Positions 11,185 through 21,168 of a stretch of DNA of 64,000 nt are shown piece after piece (within the stretch, counting starts at the first letter, position 1; each line of letters starts with the position of its first letter). Where the stretch lies: NCBI GenBank assembly GCA_963516025.1, contig CAUPZU010000012.1, forward strand, positions 11,749 to 75,748. Direction: 5' to 3'. Made by a program: the position numbers and the translations under genes. Origin of the DNA: Acinetobacter lwoffii. Lineage in GTDB: Bacteria > Pseudomonadota > Gammaproteobacteria > Pseudomonadales > Moraxellaceae. Below the pieces are notes generated by a model that was not told where the DNA came from, searched no databases, and was given only the letters and a program-made list of their open reading frames with translations.

Positions 11185-12354
11185 ATGAACTCTAGCTTGT
11201 CTCTACTGCATCCTTATCCGTTTGAAAAGTTAAATCAGCTTTTTGCGGATATCCAGCCTGCAAATATGCCCTTAATTCCCCTGTCGATTGGTGAACCGAA
11301 GCATCCTGCACCGGAGTTTGTGAAACAAGCGATTATTGATAACTTTAAACATTTGTCGACCTATCCAAACAGTAAAGGCTTGCCGGAACTACGTGAAAGT
11401 ATTGCTCACTGGCTGACGCGCCGTTTTCACCTAAATAGCATCAGTGCAGACAGCAATATCCTGCCTGTTTCTGGTACACGTGAAGCGATTTTCTCGTTTG
11501 TACAGGCTTTGGTGAATCGTGAAGATGCACCTTATGTGGTGATGCCAAATCCGTTTTATCAGATTTATGAAGGCGCAACACTGCTCGCAGGTGCCAAACC
11601 TTATTTCATCAACTGTACTGAGGAAAATAACTACCTTGGTGATTTTGATGCGGTTCCAGCAGAAGTCTGGGAAAAAACAGCATTGCTATTTGTCTGTACC
11701 CCGGGCAATCCAACCGGTGCAGTGCTATCCAAAGAACAGTTTAAAAAACTGATTGCCCTGTCGGATCAATACAACTTTGTGATTGCTTCAGACGAATGCT
11801 ATTCGGAATTGTGGTTTGATCAGGCACCTGTAGGTTTACTGGAAGTTTGTGCTGAAATCGGCCGGGATGACTATAAAAACTGTGTGGTGTTTCATTCACT
11901 GTCTAAACGCTCTAACCTTCCGGGTATGCGTTCAGGTTTTGTTGCCGGTGATGCCAGCCTGTTAAAACCTTATTTGCAATACCGCACTTACCACGGCGCA
12001 GCAATGCCGGTACAACATCAACTGGCATCGATTGCTGCCTGGGATGATGAAGCGCATGTGGAAGAAAACCGGGTACAATACCGTGCCAAGTTTGATTTAT
12101 TTCAACAAGAACTGGGACATTTATTGCCATTGAAAAAGCCAGATGCGGGCTTCTACTACTGGTTAAAAGTCGACAACGATGAAGCCTTTGCCAAGCGCCT
12201 GATGGAAGAAGCACATATTAAAGTTCTTCCAGGTCGTTATTTATCTCGCGATACCGAACAGGGTAATCCGGGTGAAAATCATGTACGTCTGGCACTCGTA
12301 GCCGATCTGGCGCAATGTGAAGAAGTTATTCAACGCCTGAAAACCATCCTCTAA
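11185..12354 (+). CDS. dapC: N-succinyldiaminopimelate aminotransferase
   Basis: YPFEKL, IGEPKH, SLSKRSNLPGMRSGF, YRTYHG; adjacent to glnD. Confidence 0.92.
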   Translation: MNSSLSLLHPYPFEKLNQLFADIQPANMPLIPLSIGEPKHPAPEFVKQAIIDNFKHLSTYPNSKGLPELRESIAHWLTRRFHLNSISADSNILPVSGTREAIFSFVQALVNREDAPYVVMPNPFYQIYEGATLLAGAKPYFINCTEENNYLGDFDAVPAEVWEKTALLFVCTPGNPTGAVLSKEQFKKLIALSDQYNFVIASDECYSELWFDQAPVGLLEVCAEIGRDDYKNCVVFHSLSKRSNLPGMRSGFVAGDASLLKPYLQYRTYHGAAMPVQHQLASIAAWDDEAHVEENRVQYRAKFDLFQQELGHLLPLKKPDAGFYYWLKVDNDEAFAKRLMEEAHIKVLPGRYLSRDTEQGNPGENHVRLALVADLAQCEEVIQRLKTIL

Positions 12355-12370
12355 GTTTTAATCATGATTT

Positions 12371-12401
12371 AAAAAACCCACTGATTTAAAGTGGGTTTTT
12401 T
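12371..12401. terminator. Bidirectional terminator
   Basis: AAAAAACCCACT...AGTGGGTTTTTT. Confidence 0.8.
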
Positions 12402-12457
12402 AGTTAACATTAGATGAGCTCTACTTTTATCTCATACTGAGAAAATGACGCTGATTC

Positions 12458-12934
12458 TTACAAGACTTTGGCAATTTCATCTTCAAGATCTTCAGGCTTG
12501 GTGGTCGGAGCAAAACGGTTCAATACCTTGCCATCACGCCCGATCAGGAATTTGGTAAAATTCCATTTAATTCCATTGCCTAAAATACCTTTGGAATTGT
12601 TAGTCAAATAGCGAAAAATGGCGTGCGCTTCAGGGCCTTTGACATCCACCTTGGAAAACATCGGGAAAGATACCCCGTAATTCTTCTGGCAAAATTCACC
12701 AATCTGTTCATTGGAACCTGGATCTTGACCACCAAACTGATTGCATGGAAATCCCAAAATTTCCAGACCTTGATCTTTATATTTTTCGTAAAGTTTTTCT
12801 AATCCTGAAAATTGTGGGGTAAAACCACACTTACTCGCTGTATTGACGATCAAAAGTACCTTGCCTTCGTAATCTGCAAGTGGCTTGCTTTTGCCATCTA
12901 ACAATTCAGCTTCAAACTGATAAATGTTAGTCAT
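12458..12934 (-). CDS. Glutathione peroxidase (BtuE/Gpx family, Cys-type)
   Basis: [35 protein letters not shown]. Confidence 0.95.
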   Translation of the reverse strand: MTNIYQFEAELLDGKSKPLADYEGKVLLIVNTASKCGFTPQFSGLEKLYEKYKDQGLEILGFPCNQFGGQDPGSNEQIGEFCQKNYGVSFPMFSKVDVKGPEAHAIFRYLTNNSKGILGNGIKWNFTKFLIGRDGKVLNRFAPTTKPEDLEDEIAKVL

Positions 12935-13350
12935 GGATAGGTTTCCTCATCATTTTTTTCTTGTGTTTCTAAGTCCAAAGAAGCCGAGTTGACACAATAA
13001 CGCAAACCGGTCGGTTCTGGGCCATCCGGGAAAACATGCCCTAAGTGTGCGTCACAATGATGACAAACAATCTCAGTTCTGACCATTCCGTGTGAAGTAT
13101 CAGGTAATTCTTCTACCACCGAACTGCTGACGGGACGGTAGAAACTTGGCCAGCCACAGCCGCTGTCATACTTGGTTTCAGATGAGAACAGTGGCGTGCC
13201 GCAGCAACGGCATACATAGGTGCCATCTTGCTTGGTATTCCAGTATTTTCCAGTAAATGCCGGCTCGGTTCCCTTCTCGCGCGTAATGCGAAACTCCTCA
13301 GGTGATAACTCTCTTTGCCATTCCCGGTCTGATTTATTGAGTTTTCCCAT
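12931..13350 (-). CDS. msrB: Peptide-methionine (R)-S-oxide reductase
   Basis: [36 protein letters not shown]. Confidence 0.96.
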   Translation of the reverse strand: MGKLNKSDREWQRELSPEEFRITREKGTEPAFTGKYWNTKQDGTYVCRCCGTPLFSSETKYDSGCGWPSFYRPVSSSVVEELPDTSHGMVRTEIVCHHCDAHLGHVFPDGPEPTGLRYCVNSASLDLETQEKNDEETYP

Positions 13351-13528
13351 GATCACATACCTTTTTATCTTGCTATTTAAAATAGGATAATCCTATATTT
13401 ACGTGATTCATTTTAAAAATTCTAGTCTTTATTCAACATTTTACAAAAGACATATAATGCCTAAAAAAGCAAAAAGAAAGCAAATATAGAAATAAAAGTA
13501 AGCAATTTTTACATTAAATGTTTTTTAG

Positions 13529-13568
13529 TGAGCAAATTTAATGGTATTCTTGGCTCTAAATTTGCTCA
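13529..13568. promoter_or_regulatory. Perfect 12-bp inverted repeat (candidate operator) enclosing an extended -10 box and touching the alaA RBS
   Basis: TGAGCAAATTTA-N16-TAAATTTGCTCA; TGgTATTCT at 13542-13550; AGGA at 13568-13571. Confidence 0.6.
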
Positions 13569-13578
13569 GGATTAAAAA

Positions 13579-15009
13579 ATGTCGCAAAAAAAGAGCGTAA
13601 TTTTTAAAAATCTGCTGCCTGTGATCAAACAATATCAGCAGCTTGGATTTACGCATGAAAAAATTGTTGCACTACTTCGAGATGAACATGATCTCGATCT
13701 AGTCACAACTGAGACATTTAAAAGTTATTTATATCGTTATGCAAAAGTGACCTCCACTCCTTCCGAGAACATCAAAATGCCGAACACTTTCCAAACCCCT
13801 CGCGAGATCAAGAAATCATCTAAGCTCGAGCATGTGTGCTACGACATTCGCGGACCTGTGTTACGAGCGGCCATCGAGATGGAAGAAGCCGGTCACAAAA
13901 TTATCAAATTAAATATTGGCAACCCTGCCCCATTTGGTTTTGAAGCACCACAAGAAATTATCAACGATGTGGCTTTAAACCTGCCAAATGCGATTGGCTA
14001 CACGGATTCCAAAGGGATTTTCCCGGCGCGTAAGGCGATCTGTCAGTATTATCAGCAAAAAGGCATTCTGGATATGCACGTCAATGACGTTTATATCGGC
14101 AATGGTGTGTCTGAACTGATTGTTATGGCCATGCAGGGTCTGCTGGATGATGGCGATGAAATGCTGATTCCAATGCCAGATTATCCACTCTGGACGGCAG
14201 CAGTGAATCTGTCTGGCGGTACTGCGATCCATTATAAATGTGATGAAGAAAATCACTGGTATCCAGATATTGCTGATATGGAAAGCAAAATCACGCCAAA
14301 TACCCGCGGTATTGTGATTATCAACCCGAATAACCCGACTGGTTCGGTTTATCCACGTCATGTGTTGCAACAAATCGTCGACTTGGCCAAGAAATATGAC
14401 CTGATTTTATTTGCTGATGAAATCTACGACAAAATTATTTACGATGGAATCGAGCATGTTGCTGTAGCAGCTCTGGCTGGCGATCAGCTCTGTGTCTCGT
14501 TTAACGGTTTATCTAAAGCCTATCGTATTGCTGGTTTCCGTTCCGGCTGGATGGCCATTACCGGCGATAAAGCACGTGCAGCAGACTATATCGAAGGTCT
14601 GGATATGCTGGCGTCGATGCGTCTGTGTGCCAACCATCAGGCACAATATGCGATTCAGACCGCACTGGGCGGTTATCAGTCAATTAACGACCTGATTCGT
14701 CCGGGCGGGCGTTTATATGAACAGCGCAACATTGCCTGGGAAATGCTGAACGAGATTCCAGGTGTGTCTTGTGTCAAACCTGAAGGTGCGATGTACTGCT
14801 TCCCGAAACTGGATCCGAATGTGTATCCAATCCAAGACGATGAAAAGCTAATGCTGGATTTGTTACGTGCCGAGAAAGTGCTTCTGGTTCAAGGTACAGG
14901 CTTTAACTGGCCGACACCGGATCATTTCCGTGTAGTATTCCTGCCGGCTGAAAATGAACTGCGTGAAGCCATTACCCGTGTTGGCCGTTTCCTGGCCAAG
15001 ATACGTTAA
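13579..15009 (+). CDS. alaA: Alanine aminotransferase AlaA/AlaT (PLP class I) with an extra 66-aa N-terminal domain
   Basis: KSSKLEHVCYDIRGPV, KLNIGNPAPFGF, NPNNPTG, FNGLSKAYRIAGFRSGW. The enzyme core begins near Met67 (13777). Confidence 0.92.
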   Translation: MSQKKSVIFKNLLPVIKQYQQLGFTHEKIVALLRDEHDLDLVTTETFKSYLYRYAKVTSTPSENIKMPNTFQTPREIKKSSKLEHVCYDIRGPVLRAAIEMEEAGHKIIKLNIGNPAPFGFEAPQEIINDVALNLPNAIGYTDSKGIFPARKAICQYYQQKGILDMHVNDVYIGNGVSELIVMAMQGLLDDGDEMLIPMPDYPLWTAAVNLSGGTAIHYKCDEENHWYPDIADMESKITPNTRGIVIINPNNPTGSVYPRHVLQQIVDLAKKYDLILFADEIYDKIIYDGIEHVAVAALAGDQLCVSFNGLSKAYRIAGFRSGWMAITGDKARAADYIEGLDMLASMRLCANHQAQYAIQTALGGYQSINDLIRPGGRLYEQRNIAWEMLNEIPGVSCVKPEGAMYCFPKLDPNVYPIQDDEKLMLDLLRAEKVLLVQGTGFNWPTPDHFRVVFLPAENELREAITRVGRFLAKIR

Positions 15010-15027
15010 TTCTTGAAATAGACAATA

Positions 15028-15058
15028 TAAAAAACCGCGTTGAGACGCGGTTTTTTAT
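15028..15058 (+). terminator. Rho-independent terminator after alaA
   Basis: AAAAAACCGCGT-TGAG-ACGCGGTTTTTT. Confidence 0.85.
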
Positions 15059-15210
15059 TTCTATGAAAAAATTCAGGCTTTTGACTGATGAAATCTTAAA
15101 AATCTTACCGGTTTCTTTGAGCAAATTTCTGCACTCAATGGTTTCTTTTCAGGCAATTTTTCCCTTTATTATGAAGATTCATGTTATTTTTTGACCAAAC
15201 ATAAAATTCC

Positions 15211-16434
15211 ATGAGTACACGGATGTCCTCAAACACAATCAAGCTCAGCCTGTTTCTTTGTCTTAGTATGTGCTTGGGCATTGGCATTCTTCGCTTTTCT
15301 TATACCGCACTGTTACCTGGCACACGCGAAGCCTTTGGCTGGAGTACAGATTTTGCCAGTCTCTTGGGCAGTGCCAATTTGCTGGGTTATTTAATCGGTG
15401 CATTTACGGCCATGCGTCTGCCTCAAGACCGCAGCATGAGTACCTATATTCAAATTTCAGCCTTTGCCGGTATGCTCAGCCTGATGTGCTGTGCATTTTC
15501 TGGTTTTTCTGAAGTATGGTATATCGCTTGGCGGATTATTTCCGGGATCAGCGGTGGACTGATGATGATCTTATCGCCGAGTGTGGTTGCACAGTGCTGT
15601 GAACTTCAAGACCGTCTTAAAATCAACTTTATTGGTTTTAGCGGAATTGGACTAGGCGTTTTAATTGCGACCCTGTTTCTGCCTTATCTGGATCAAATTT
15701 CCATACAGACGGCCTGGCTAATCTTATGTGGTTTTGCTTTGCTTATCTGTATCGTTTTAAGTTTACTGATTCAGAAATTTAAGCCGTATTTGTCCGCACA
15801 AGCCCCTTCGGTTATCTCTACTCTATCTTTGAATAGCGTCTTTTATAGTTTATTGACGGTTTACGCCTGTAGTGCTTTCGCCTATATACCACATTCACTC
15901 TTCTGGATTGATTATTTAAGCCAGCAGTTGGGATTGAGCTTGTTCTGGATTAATTTCAACTGGATTCTGTATGGACTAGGTAGTGCTTTAGGCGCCTTGA
16001 GTGCTTATGCACTGGCCAGAAAATGGGGTAATTTTGCTGCCCTGAAAATTCTTTATAGTCTTTATATTGTGGCTATTTTTATTGCAACCCTAGATGCCAG
16101 CCCATTGCTTACTTTTAGCTCTTCCTTTTTTACCGGGATGCTAAATCCGGCTGTGGTCTTCCTGACCTCCTATACCATTTTGCAACTGTATGGACTGGCT
16201 TATAAAAAGCTCTGGAGTATTGCCACCTTGTGTTTTGCCTCGATTCAGCTAATCGGTGGGCTCAGTTTTAGTGCGCTGCAATATTTTGGATTGAGCTATC
16301 ATCAACAGTTCATACTGGCCACATTTGTTCTTTTATTAGGAACGTTACAATTGTTCTGGTACACACGTCCTGTCAGACTCAAATCTGAACAACAAACTCT
16401 GCCAATTTCTGCTCATGGAGAAGGGACTAAATAA
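15211..16434 (+). CDS. MFS transporter (YbfB/YjiJ-like)
   Basis: [24 protein letters not shown]; about 12 hydrophobic segments. Confidence 0.85.
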   Translation: MSTRMSSNTIKLSLFLCLSMCLGIGILRFSYTALLPGTREAFGWSTDFASLLGSANLLGYLIGAFTAMRLPQDRSMSTYIQISAFAGMLSLMCCAFSGFSEVWYIAWRIISGISGGLMMILSPSVVAQCCELQDRLKINFIGFSGIGLGVLIATLFLPYLDQISIQTAWLILCGFALLICIVLSLLIQKFKPYLSAQAPSVISTLSLNSVFYSLLTVYACSAFAYIPHSLFWIDYLSQQLGLSLFWINFNWILYGLGSALGALSAYALARKWGNFAALKILYSLYIVAIFIATLDASPLLTFSSSFFTGMLNPAVVFLTSYTILQLYGLAYKKLWSIATLCFASIQLIGGLSFSALQYFGLSYHQQFILATFVLLLGTLQLFWYTRPVRLKSEQQTLPISAHGEGTK

Positions 16435-16970
16435 GGATAAGGATTGGTTGCTCCTTGCCCACCTAAATAAATCCCATAATGTAAATGCGGCGGGGTATTT
16501 TTGGCATTACCTGTATTCCCCACATAAGCGATGACTTCACCTGCCTCAACCCAGTCGCCTTCCTGAATATGTTCTGCATAGTCATCCAGATGTGCATAAT
16601 AATGTTGGCTCATATTTGGACCGGTCACCCAGATGATTTTTCCACCCAGATTGTTGGTGCCAATCCTACGCACAATACCTGGGGTCGCGCTAAATACTGG
16701 CGTACCGCGTTTGGCAAAAATATCCGTACCTTCGTGTTTACGACCGTCACTACGCGCTGCTCCCCAAGTATCATTAATCTGACCAACTCTGACGCCTTCA
16801 ACCGGAATCTGTAGCGGAGCTTCTAACTGGGCTCTCTGTAATTGCCAATACAGATAAGGGCTTTTCCAACCTGCTGCTTCACCTGAAGGCGGTGGCTGAC
16901 AGGCAGTTAGTAGAAAACCTATAGATAACAGTAAGCTTATAATCCGAAGAAATTTCACCAATATTCGCAT
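16413..16970 (-). CDS. M23 family metallopeptidase, probable lipoprotein
   Basis: HEGTD, YYAHL, PPHLHYG; lipobox LTAC. Confidence 0.9.
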   Translation of the reverse strand: MRILVKFLRIISLLLSIGFLLTACQPPPSGEAAGWKSPYLYWQLQRAQLEAPLQIPVEGVRVGQINDTWGAARSDGRKHEGTDIFAKRGTPVFSATPGIVRRIGTNNLGGKIIWVTGPNMSQHYYAHLDDYAEHIQEGDWVEAGEVIAYVGNTGNAKNTPPHLHYGIYLGGQGATNPYPYLVPSP

Positions 16971-17062
16971 TAAATTAAATAGATGACTTTTATCTTAATC
17001 ACAACCGCCTAATTTAAAGTCACAATCCTGTTATTTTTAGTGATGATTTTATACAAGCGTTC

Positions 17063-17098
17063 AAATAACAAAACCCTCAAATGAGGGTTTTGTTATTT
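17063..17098 (-). terminator. Rho-independent terminator after the poly-Q small ORF
   Basis: AAATAACAAAACCCTCA-AA-TGAGGGTTTTGTTATTT. Confidence 0.8.
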
Positions 17099-17113
17099 TA
17101 GGTGGATAGGAGA

Positions 17114-17245
17114 TTATCTACGTTTTTTAGCACGAGATGGTTTCGATGGTTGTTGCTGTTGTTGCTGTTGCTGCTCTTCATTCTGAGCATTGTCCTGCTT
17201 GTCTTTTTGTTGGACCTGCTTATGTCTCGCTTTAGCTTTAGCCAT
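17114..17245 (-). CDS. 43-aa hydrophilic, basic poly-Q small protein MAKAKARHKQVQQKDKQDNAQNEEQQQQQQQQPSKPSRAKKRR (not in ORF track)
   Basis: AAGGAG RBS 6 nt before ATG; terminator just downstream; sits alone in the gap between the icd terminator and the M23 gene. Confidence 0.7.
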   Translation of the reverse strand: MAKAKARHKQVQQKDKQDNAQNEEQQQQQQQQPSKPSRAKKRR

Positions 17246-17491
17246 GATTTACTCCTTTGGAGAAACGTCTCTATATCACTGGAAGTTCCATTCATCACTG
17301 TAACGTTTATACAAAATAAGCCAATCGCTGAGCTGTATCCAAATACGTCAATGTAATACAGTGTTTACTAAGTTATTCAGCTTAGAACGAATCATTTCTA
17401 GGCTCATTACACTTCTTACATGATCTTGCAGCCTGATACTTATTTTAACGTTTAACCTTAAACCGTTCAGCCTTTGCTTCCCAATAAAGTG

Positions 17492-17526
17492 ATAAAAAAA
17501 CCCGCCGTAATTGCGGGTTTTTTTAT
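17492..17526 (-). terminator. icd terminator
   Basis: AAAAAAACCCGC...GCGGGTTTTTTT. Confidence 0.8.
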
Positions 17527-17546
17527 TCATAAATTGCATCGCAATT

Positions 17547-18803
17547 TCAGGCATCCATATTGGCAATAATCGCTTCACCAAACTCGGAACAACGCAGCAA
17601 GGTCGCCCCTGGCATTAAGCGCTCAAAATCGTAGGTCACCGTTTTTGCCGCAATCGCACCCGAAATCCCCTTGATGATCAAGTCGGCAGCTTCTATCCAG
17701 CCCATATCACGCAGCATCATTTCTGCTGACAGAATAATCGAACCCGGATTTACTTTATCTTGTCCAGCATATTTAGGCGCTGTACCGTGGGTTGCTTCAT
17801 AAACTGCAATCGAACCGCCGATATTGGCACCCGGTGCAATCCCGATCCCGCCGACTTCCGCAGCCAGCGCATCAGAAATATAATCACCATTTAAGTTCAG
17901 TGTCGCAATTACAGAATAATCCGCCGGACGCATCAAGATTTGCTGCAAGAAGGCATCAGCAATGACATCTTTAATAATAATGTCTTTGCCTGTTCTTGGA
18001 TTTTTGATTTTAACCCATGGACCACCATCTAAAAGCTCACCGCCGAAACGTTCCAATGCGACCTCATAGCCCCACTCTTTAAATGCCCCTTCGGTGTATT
18101 TCATGATATTGCCTTTGTGCACCAAGGTCACACTCGGCTTGTCATTCTCAATGGCAAATTGAATCGCTTTACGTACCAGACGCTGGCTACCTTCTTTGGA
18201 GACAGGTTTGATTCCGATTCCACAATTGTCTTCAAAGCGGATGTTGGTTACACCCATTTCTTCTTTCAAAAACTTGATAACCTTTTTCGCTTCCTGAGAA
18301 TCTGCTTTCCATTCAATACCGGCATAAATATCTTCTGAATTCTCACGGAAAATCACCATGTCGGTCAGTTCCGGATTATGTACTGGCGAAGGTACCCCTT
18401 CAAACCAGCGCACCGGACGTAAACAGACATATAAATCCAGTTCCTGACGTAAAGCCACATTCAAGGAACGAATACCACCACCGACTGGCGTGGTCAGTGG
18501 ACCTTTAATCGATATCACATAATCGCGCAGTGCTTCGAGAGTTTCTTCAGGCATATAGGTGCCGTAAATTTTGTCAGCTTTTTCACCGCAGTAGACTTCC
18601 ATCCATTCGATGGAACGCTTCCCGGCGTATGCTTTTTGCACAGCAGCATCTACCACAGTTCGCATTGTTGGTGTAATATCTGCACCAATTCCATCCCCTT
18701 CGATAAATGGGATAATTGGATTATTTGGTACGTTGAGTGACAGGTCTGCATTAACGGTAATTTTGGTACCATCCACAGGTACTACGATTTTTTGATATCC
18801 CAT
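17547..18803 (-). CDS. icd: NADP-dependent isocitrate dehydrogenase (dimeric)
   Basis: [43 protein letters not shown]. Likely start MGYQK. Confidence 0.96.
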   Translation of the reverse strand: MGYQKIVVPVDGTKITVNADLSLNVPNNPIIPFIEGDGIGADITPTMRTVVDAAVQKAYAGKRSIEWMEVYCGEKADKIYGTYMPEETLEALRDYVISIKGPLTTPVGGGIRSLNVALRQELDLYVCLRPVRWFEGVPSPVHNPELTDMVIFRENSEDIYAGIEWKADSQEAKKVIKFLKEEMGVTNIRFEDNCGIGIKPVSKEGSQRLVRKAIQFAIENDKPSVTLVHKGNIMKYTEGAFKEWGYEVALERFGGELLDGGPWVKIKNPRTGKDIIIKDVIADAFLQQILMRPADYSVIATLNLNGDYISDALAAEVGGIGIAPGANIGGSIAVYEATHGTAPKYAGQDKVNPGSIILSAEMMLRDMGWIEAADLIIKGISGAIAAKTVTYDFERLMPGATLLRCSEFGEAIIANMDA

Positions 18804-18997
18804 TATTAGTATTCTCCCGGATGCCGCTGACAAATCTAAAATAATTGCCAATTAGGCAATACTTTCAACTGTTCTTAACGCATAATATTCTAATCCAGAT
18901 TTGTTGTTTTTGAGATTTATACGGGAAATAACTAAATTTCCCTTTTAAATAAACCTCTACATTTTTTAAATTAATGTAATTATAGAAGTTATTTCCT

Positions 18998-19786
18998 ATG
19001 AAAATCGTCATTCTAAACAAACCTTATGACGTCCTCTCCCAATTCCGTGCGGATGAAAAGCACCCAACCATGGCTGATTTTGTCAACGACAAAGATTTAC
19101 GTCTTGCGGGTCGTTTGGACATGGACTCAGAAGGTCTGGTTTTCCTCACCGATCACGGTGGTCTCAACCAATATATCACCAATCCTGCCAATAAAAAGTT
19201 TAAAACTTATATGGTGCAAGTGGAAGGTGATGTGACCGAAGAAGCACTTGAACAGCTTCGTAAAGGCGTTGAACTGAAAGATGGCATGACGCTTCCTGCA
19301 CGTGCTGAAAAAGTGTCTGAACCGGAATGGTTGTGGGAGCGTAATCCTCCTGTACGTTTCCGTGCCTCTGTTCCGACGTCTTGGGTTGAGATTTCAATCT
19401 GTGAAGGTCGTAACCGTCAGGTTCGTCGTATGACATCTGCTGTCGGCTTCCCTACACTGCGTTTGATCCGTACCAAAATTGGTGAGATTGATTTGGTTCG
19501 TATGGGATTGCAACCGGGTGAAACCAGAGAAATTGAACCATTACTTTATCCAGACTTCCAGAATGTTCCTGCGGAAGAACCATACCGTTCACGCTCTTAT
19601 GTGAAAAAGCCGGGTGGTACGGGTGGTAAGCCAATGGTTCGCAAGAACAAAGATGGTTCTGTGAAAAAGTCTGGCACCAAACGTATCTGGCAAATGGATG
19701 AAAGTGAAAAGCCGCGTCGTAAGACCAATGGCACAACTCGTCCAAATACCAAAGCACCTCGTGGTCGCGGACGCGGTCGTGGTTAA
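18998..19786 (+). CDS. rluE: 23S rRNA pseudouridine synthase E with a long basic C-terminal tail
   Basis: LNKPYDVLSQF, AGRLDMDSEGL, EGRNRQVRRMT; divergent from icd. Confidence 0.88.
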   Translation: MKIVILNKPYDVLSQFRADEKHPTMADFVNDKDLRLAGRLDMDSEGLVFLTDHGGLNQYITNPANKKFKTYMVQVEGDVTEEALEQLRKGVELKDGMTLPARAEKVSEPEWLWERNPPVRFRASVPTSWVEISICEGRNRQVRRMTSAVGFPTLRLIRTKIGEIDLVRMGLQPGETREIEPLLYPDFQNVPAEEPYRSRSYVKKPGGTGGKPMVRKNKDGSVKKSGTKRIWQMDESEKPRRKTNGTTRPNTKAPRGRGRGRG

Positions 19787-21168
19787 AACCCAGTCTGCTC
19801 ATCAGGTAGGGACAGGCTAAAGATCACGCCAGACGGTGTATTTTCTACAGTTGTCTGCCCCTGATGGAGCTGCATGATCGACTGTACAATGGCAAGGCCC
19901 AGACCACCCGTCTGGGCTTTTTCGTGCCGGCTGTCATCGATCTGATAAAAACGCTCAAATAAATGCGGATGGTGCTGCTCTGCAATCCAGACTTCTGGCG
20001 TCAACACTGATATTTTAATCCTGTGGTTGAGTCGCTGTGCAGACACAATAATCTCACTCCCAGGCTGACCATAAGTAATGGCATTGCTGATCAGATTGGC
20101 GACTGCGCGCTGTAACAATACGGTGCTGGCTGTCAGACTTAAATCTGGCGGAACATCCACTTTTAAATGCATCTGCTTCTCTTCGGCCAGAAAGCTGAAG
20201 TACTCAAGCAATTCTTGCAGCATGTCATTTAGATTGAAACGCTGTTTTTCAATCGCATATCCGCCATGTTCTACCCGGGCGATAAACAGCATACTTTCAA
20301 TCATCTGGCTCAGGCGTTCGTATTCTTCCAAGTTGGAATAGAGCAGATTTTCCAGCTCAGCAGGTTCGCGCGACCGCGATAACAGAATCTGTGTCTGCCC
20401 GATTAAATTGTTTAATGGGGTGCGAAGTTCGTGTGAAATATCCTCAGAAAAACGTGCCAGCTGCTGATACGCAGCCTGAATATTAGCGAGCATATCGTTC
20501 ATGGCCTGACGCAGCTCTTGAACCTCAAGCGTATTACTCTGAACATCGATGTGCTGATTGGGCTGCTGAATATTGACCTGTGCTGTAGCCAGCATCAACT
20601 GGCGCATGGACTTGAGAATATAGCGTCCTGCCAGCCAGGCCATCAAGGTCGAGAGCAGTATGCCAAGCAGACTATAGAGCACCAGTTTTGATAAATAGCT
20701 TGCCAGTATCCTTTGTCCCTCTGCCAGCTGCTTGCCGGCCACCAACTGATAACTGCGACCATCAAACTGCACCTGTTTAAAAGCCAGTCGTGTCGAAGGC
20801 TGTTCGGCCTGATTATTCTGAAACTGTAATGCGGAGCTATAGTGCAATGCCGGAATATGAACCTGCAAAGGATTGATTTCAATCAAGCGATTATTCTGAT
20901 GTTGCAGCAGCAGTAGATTATCTTCTTGCCCCAGCATGTTTTCATATAATTTGGGATGCTGAACCAAAAGCTCGAAACTCTGGGCATCTTCAAGAAATAT
21001 TTCAATTCGGGAAATACGCGCAGCCAAGGCCTGATCCTGCTGAGCCTGAATCATCTGTTGCATATTTTGATAAGACAGTAACGCCACACTCAAAAAAACC
21101 ACGCAGGACACCAATGCAAACGCAATACTCAAGCGTGTTGCCAGCGGTAATAAGATAGGATTGTTCAT
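19783..21168 (-). CDS. CusS/HprS(YedV)/IrlS-like sensor histidine kinase
   Basis: Two TMs, HAMP, H-box FSEDISHELRTPL, NLISNA, GGLGLAIV. Confidence 0.9.
   Translation of the reverse strand: MNNPILLPLATRLSIAFALVSCVVFLSVALLSYQNMQQMIQAQQDQALAARISRIEIFLEDAQSFELLVQHPKLYENMLGQEDNLLLLQHQNNRLIEINPLQVHIPALHYSSALQFQNNQAEQPSTRLAFKQVQFDGRSYQLVAGKQLAEGQRILASYLSKLVLYSLLGILLSTLMAWLAGRYILKSMRQLMLATAQVNIQQPNQHIDVQSNTLEVQELRQAMNDMLANIQAAYQQLARFSEDISHELRTPLNNLIGQTQILLSRSREPAELENLLYSNLEEYERLSQMIESMLFIARVEHGGYAIEKQRFNLNDMLQELLEYFSFLAEEKQMHLKVDVPPDLSLTASTVLLQRAVANLISNAITYGQPGSEIIVSAQRLNHRIKISVLTPEVWIAEQHHPHLFERFYQIDDSRHEKAQTGGLGLAIVQSIMQLHQGQTTVENTPSGVIFSLSLPDEQTGF

Noticed and set aside
17098..17298. 66-aa minus-strand track ORF (SNSNN repeats)
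   Set aside because: Different frame from the ATG that follows the AAGGAG RBS; no RBS of its own.
17102..17356. 84-aa poly-Leu ORF on the plus strand
   Set aside because: Antisense reading of the CAG/CAA tract; the RBS and terminator support the minus-strand 43-aa ORF.
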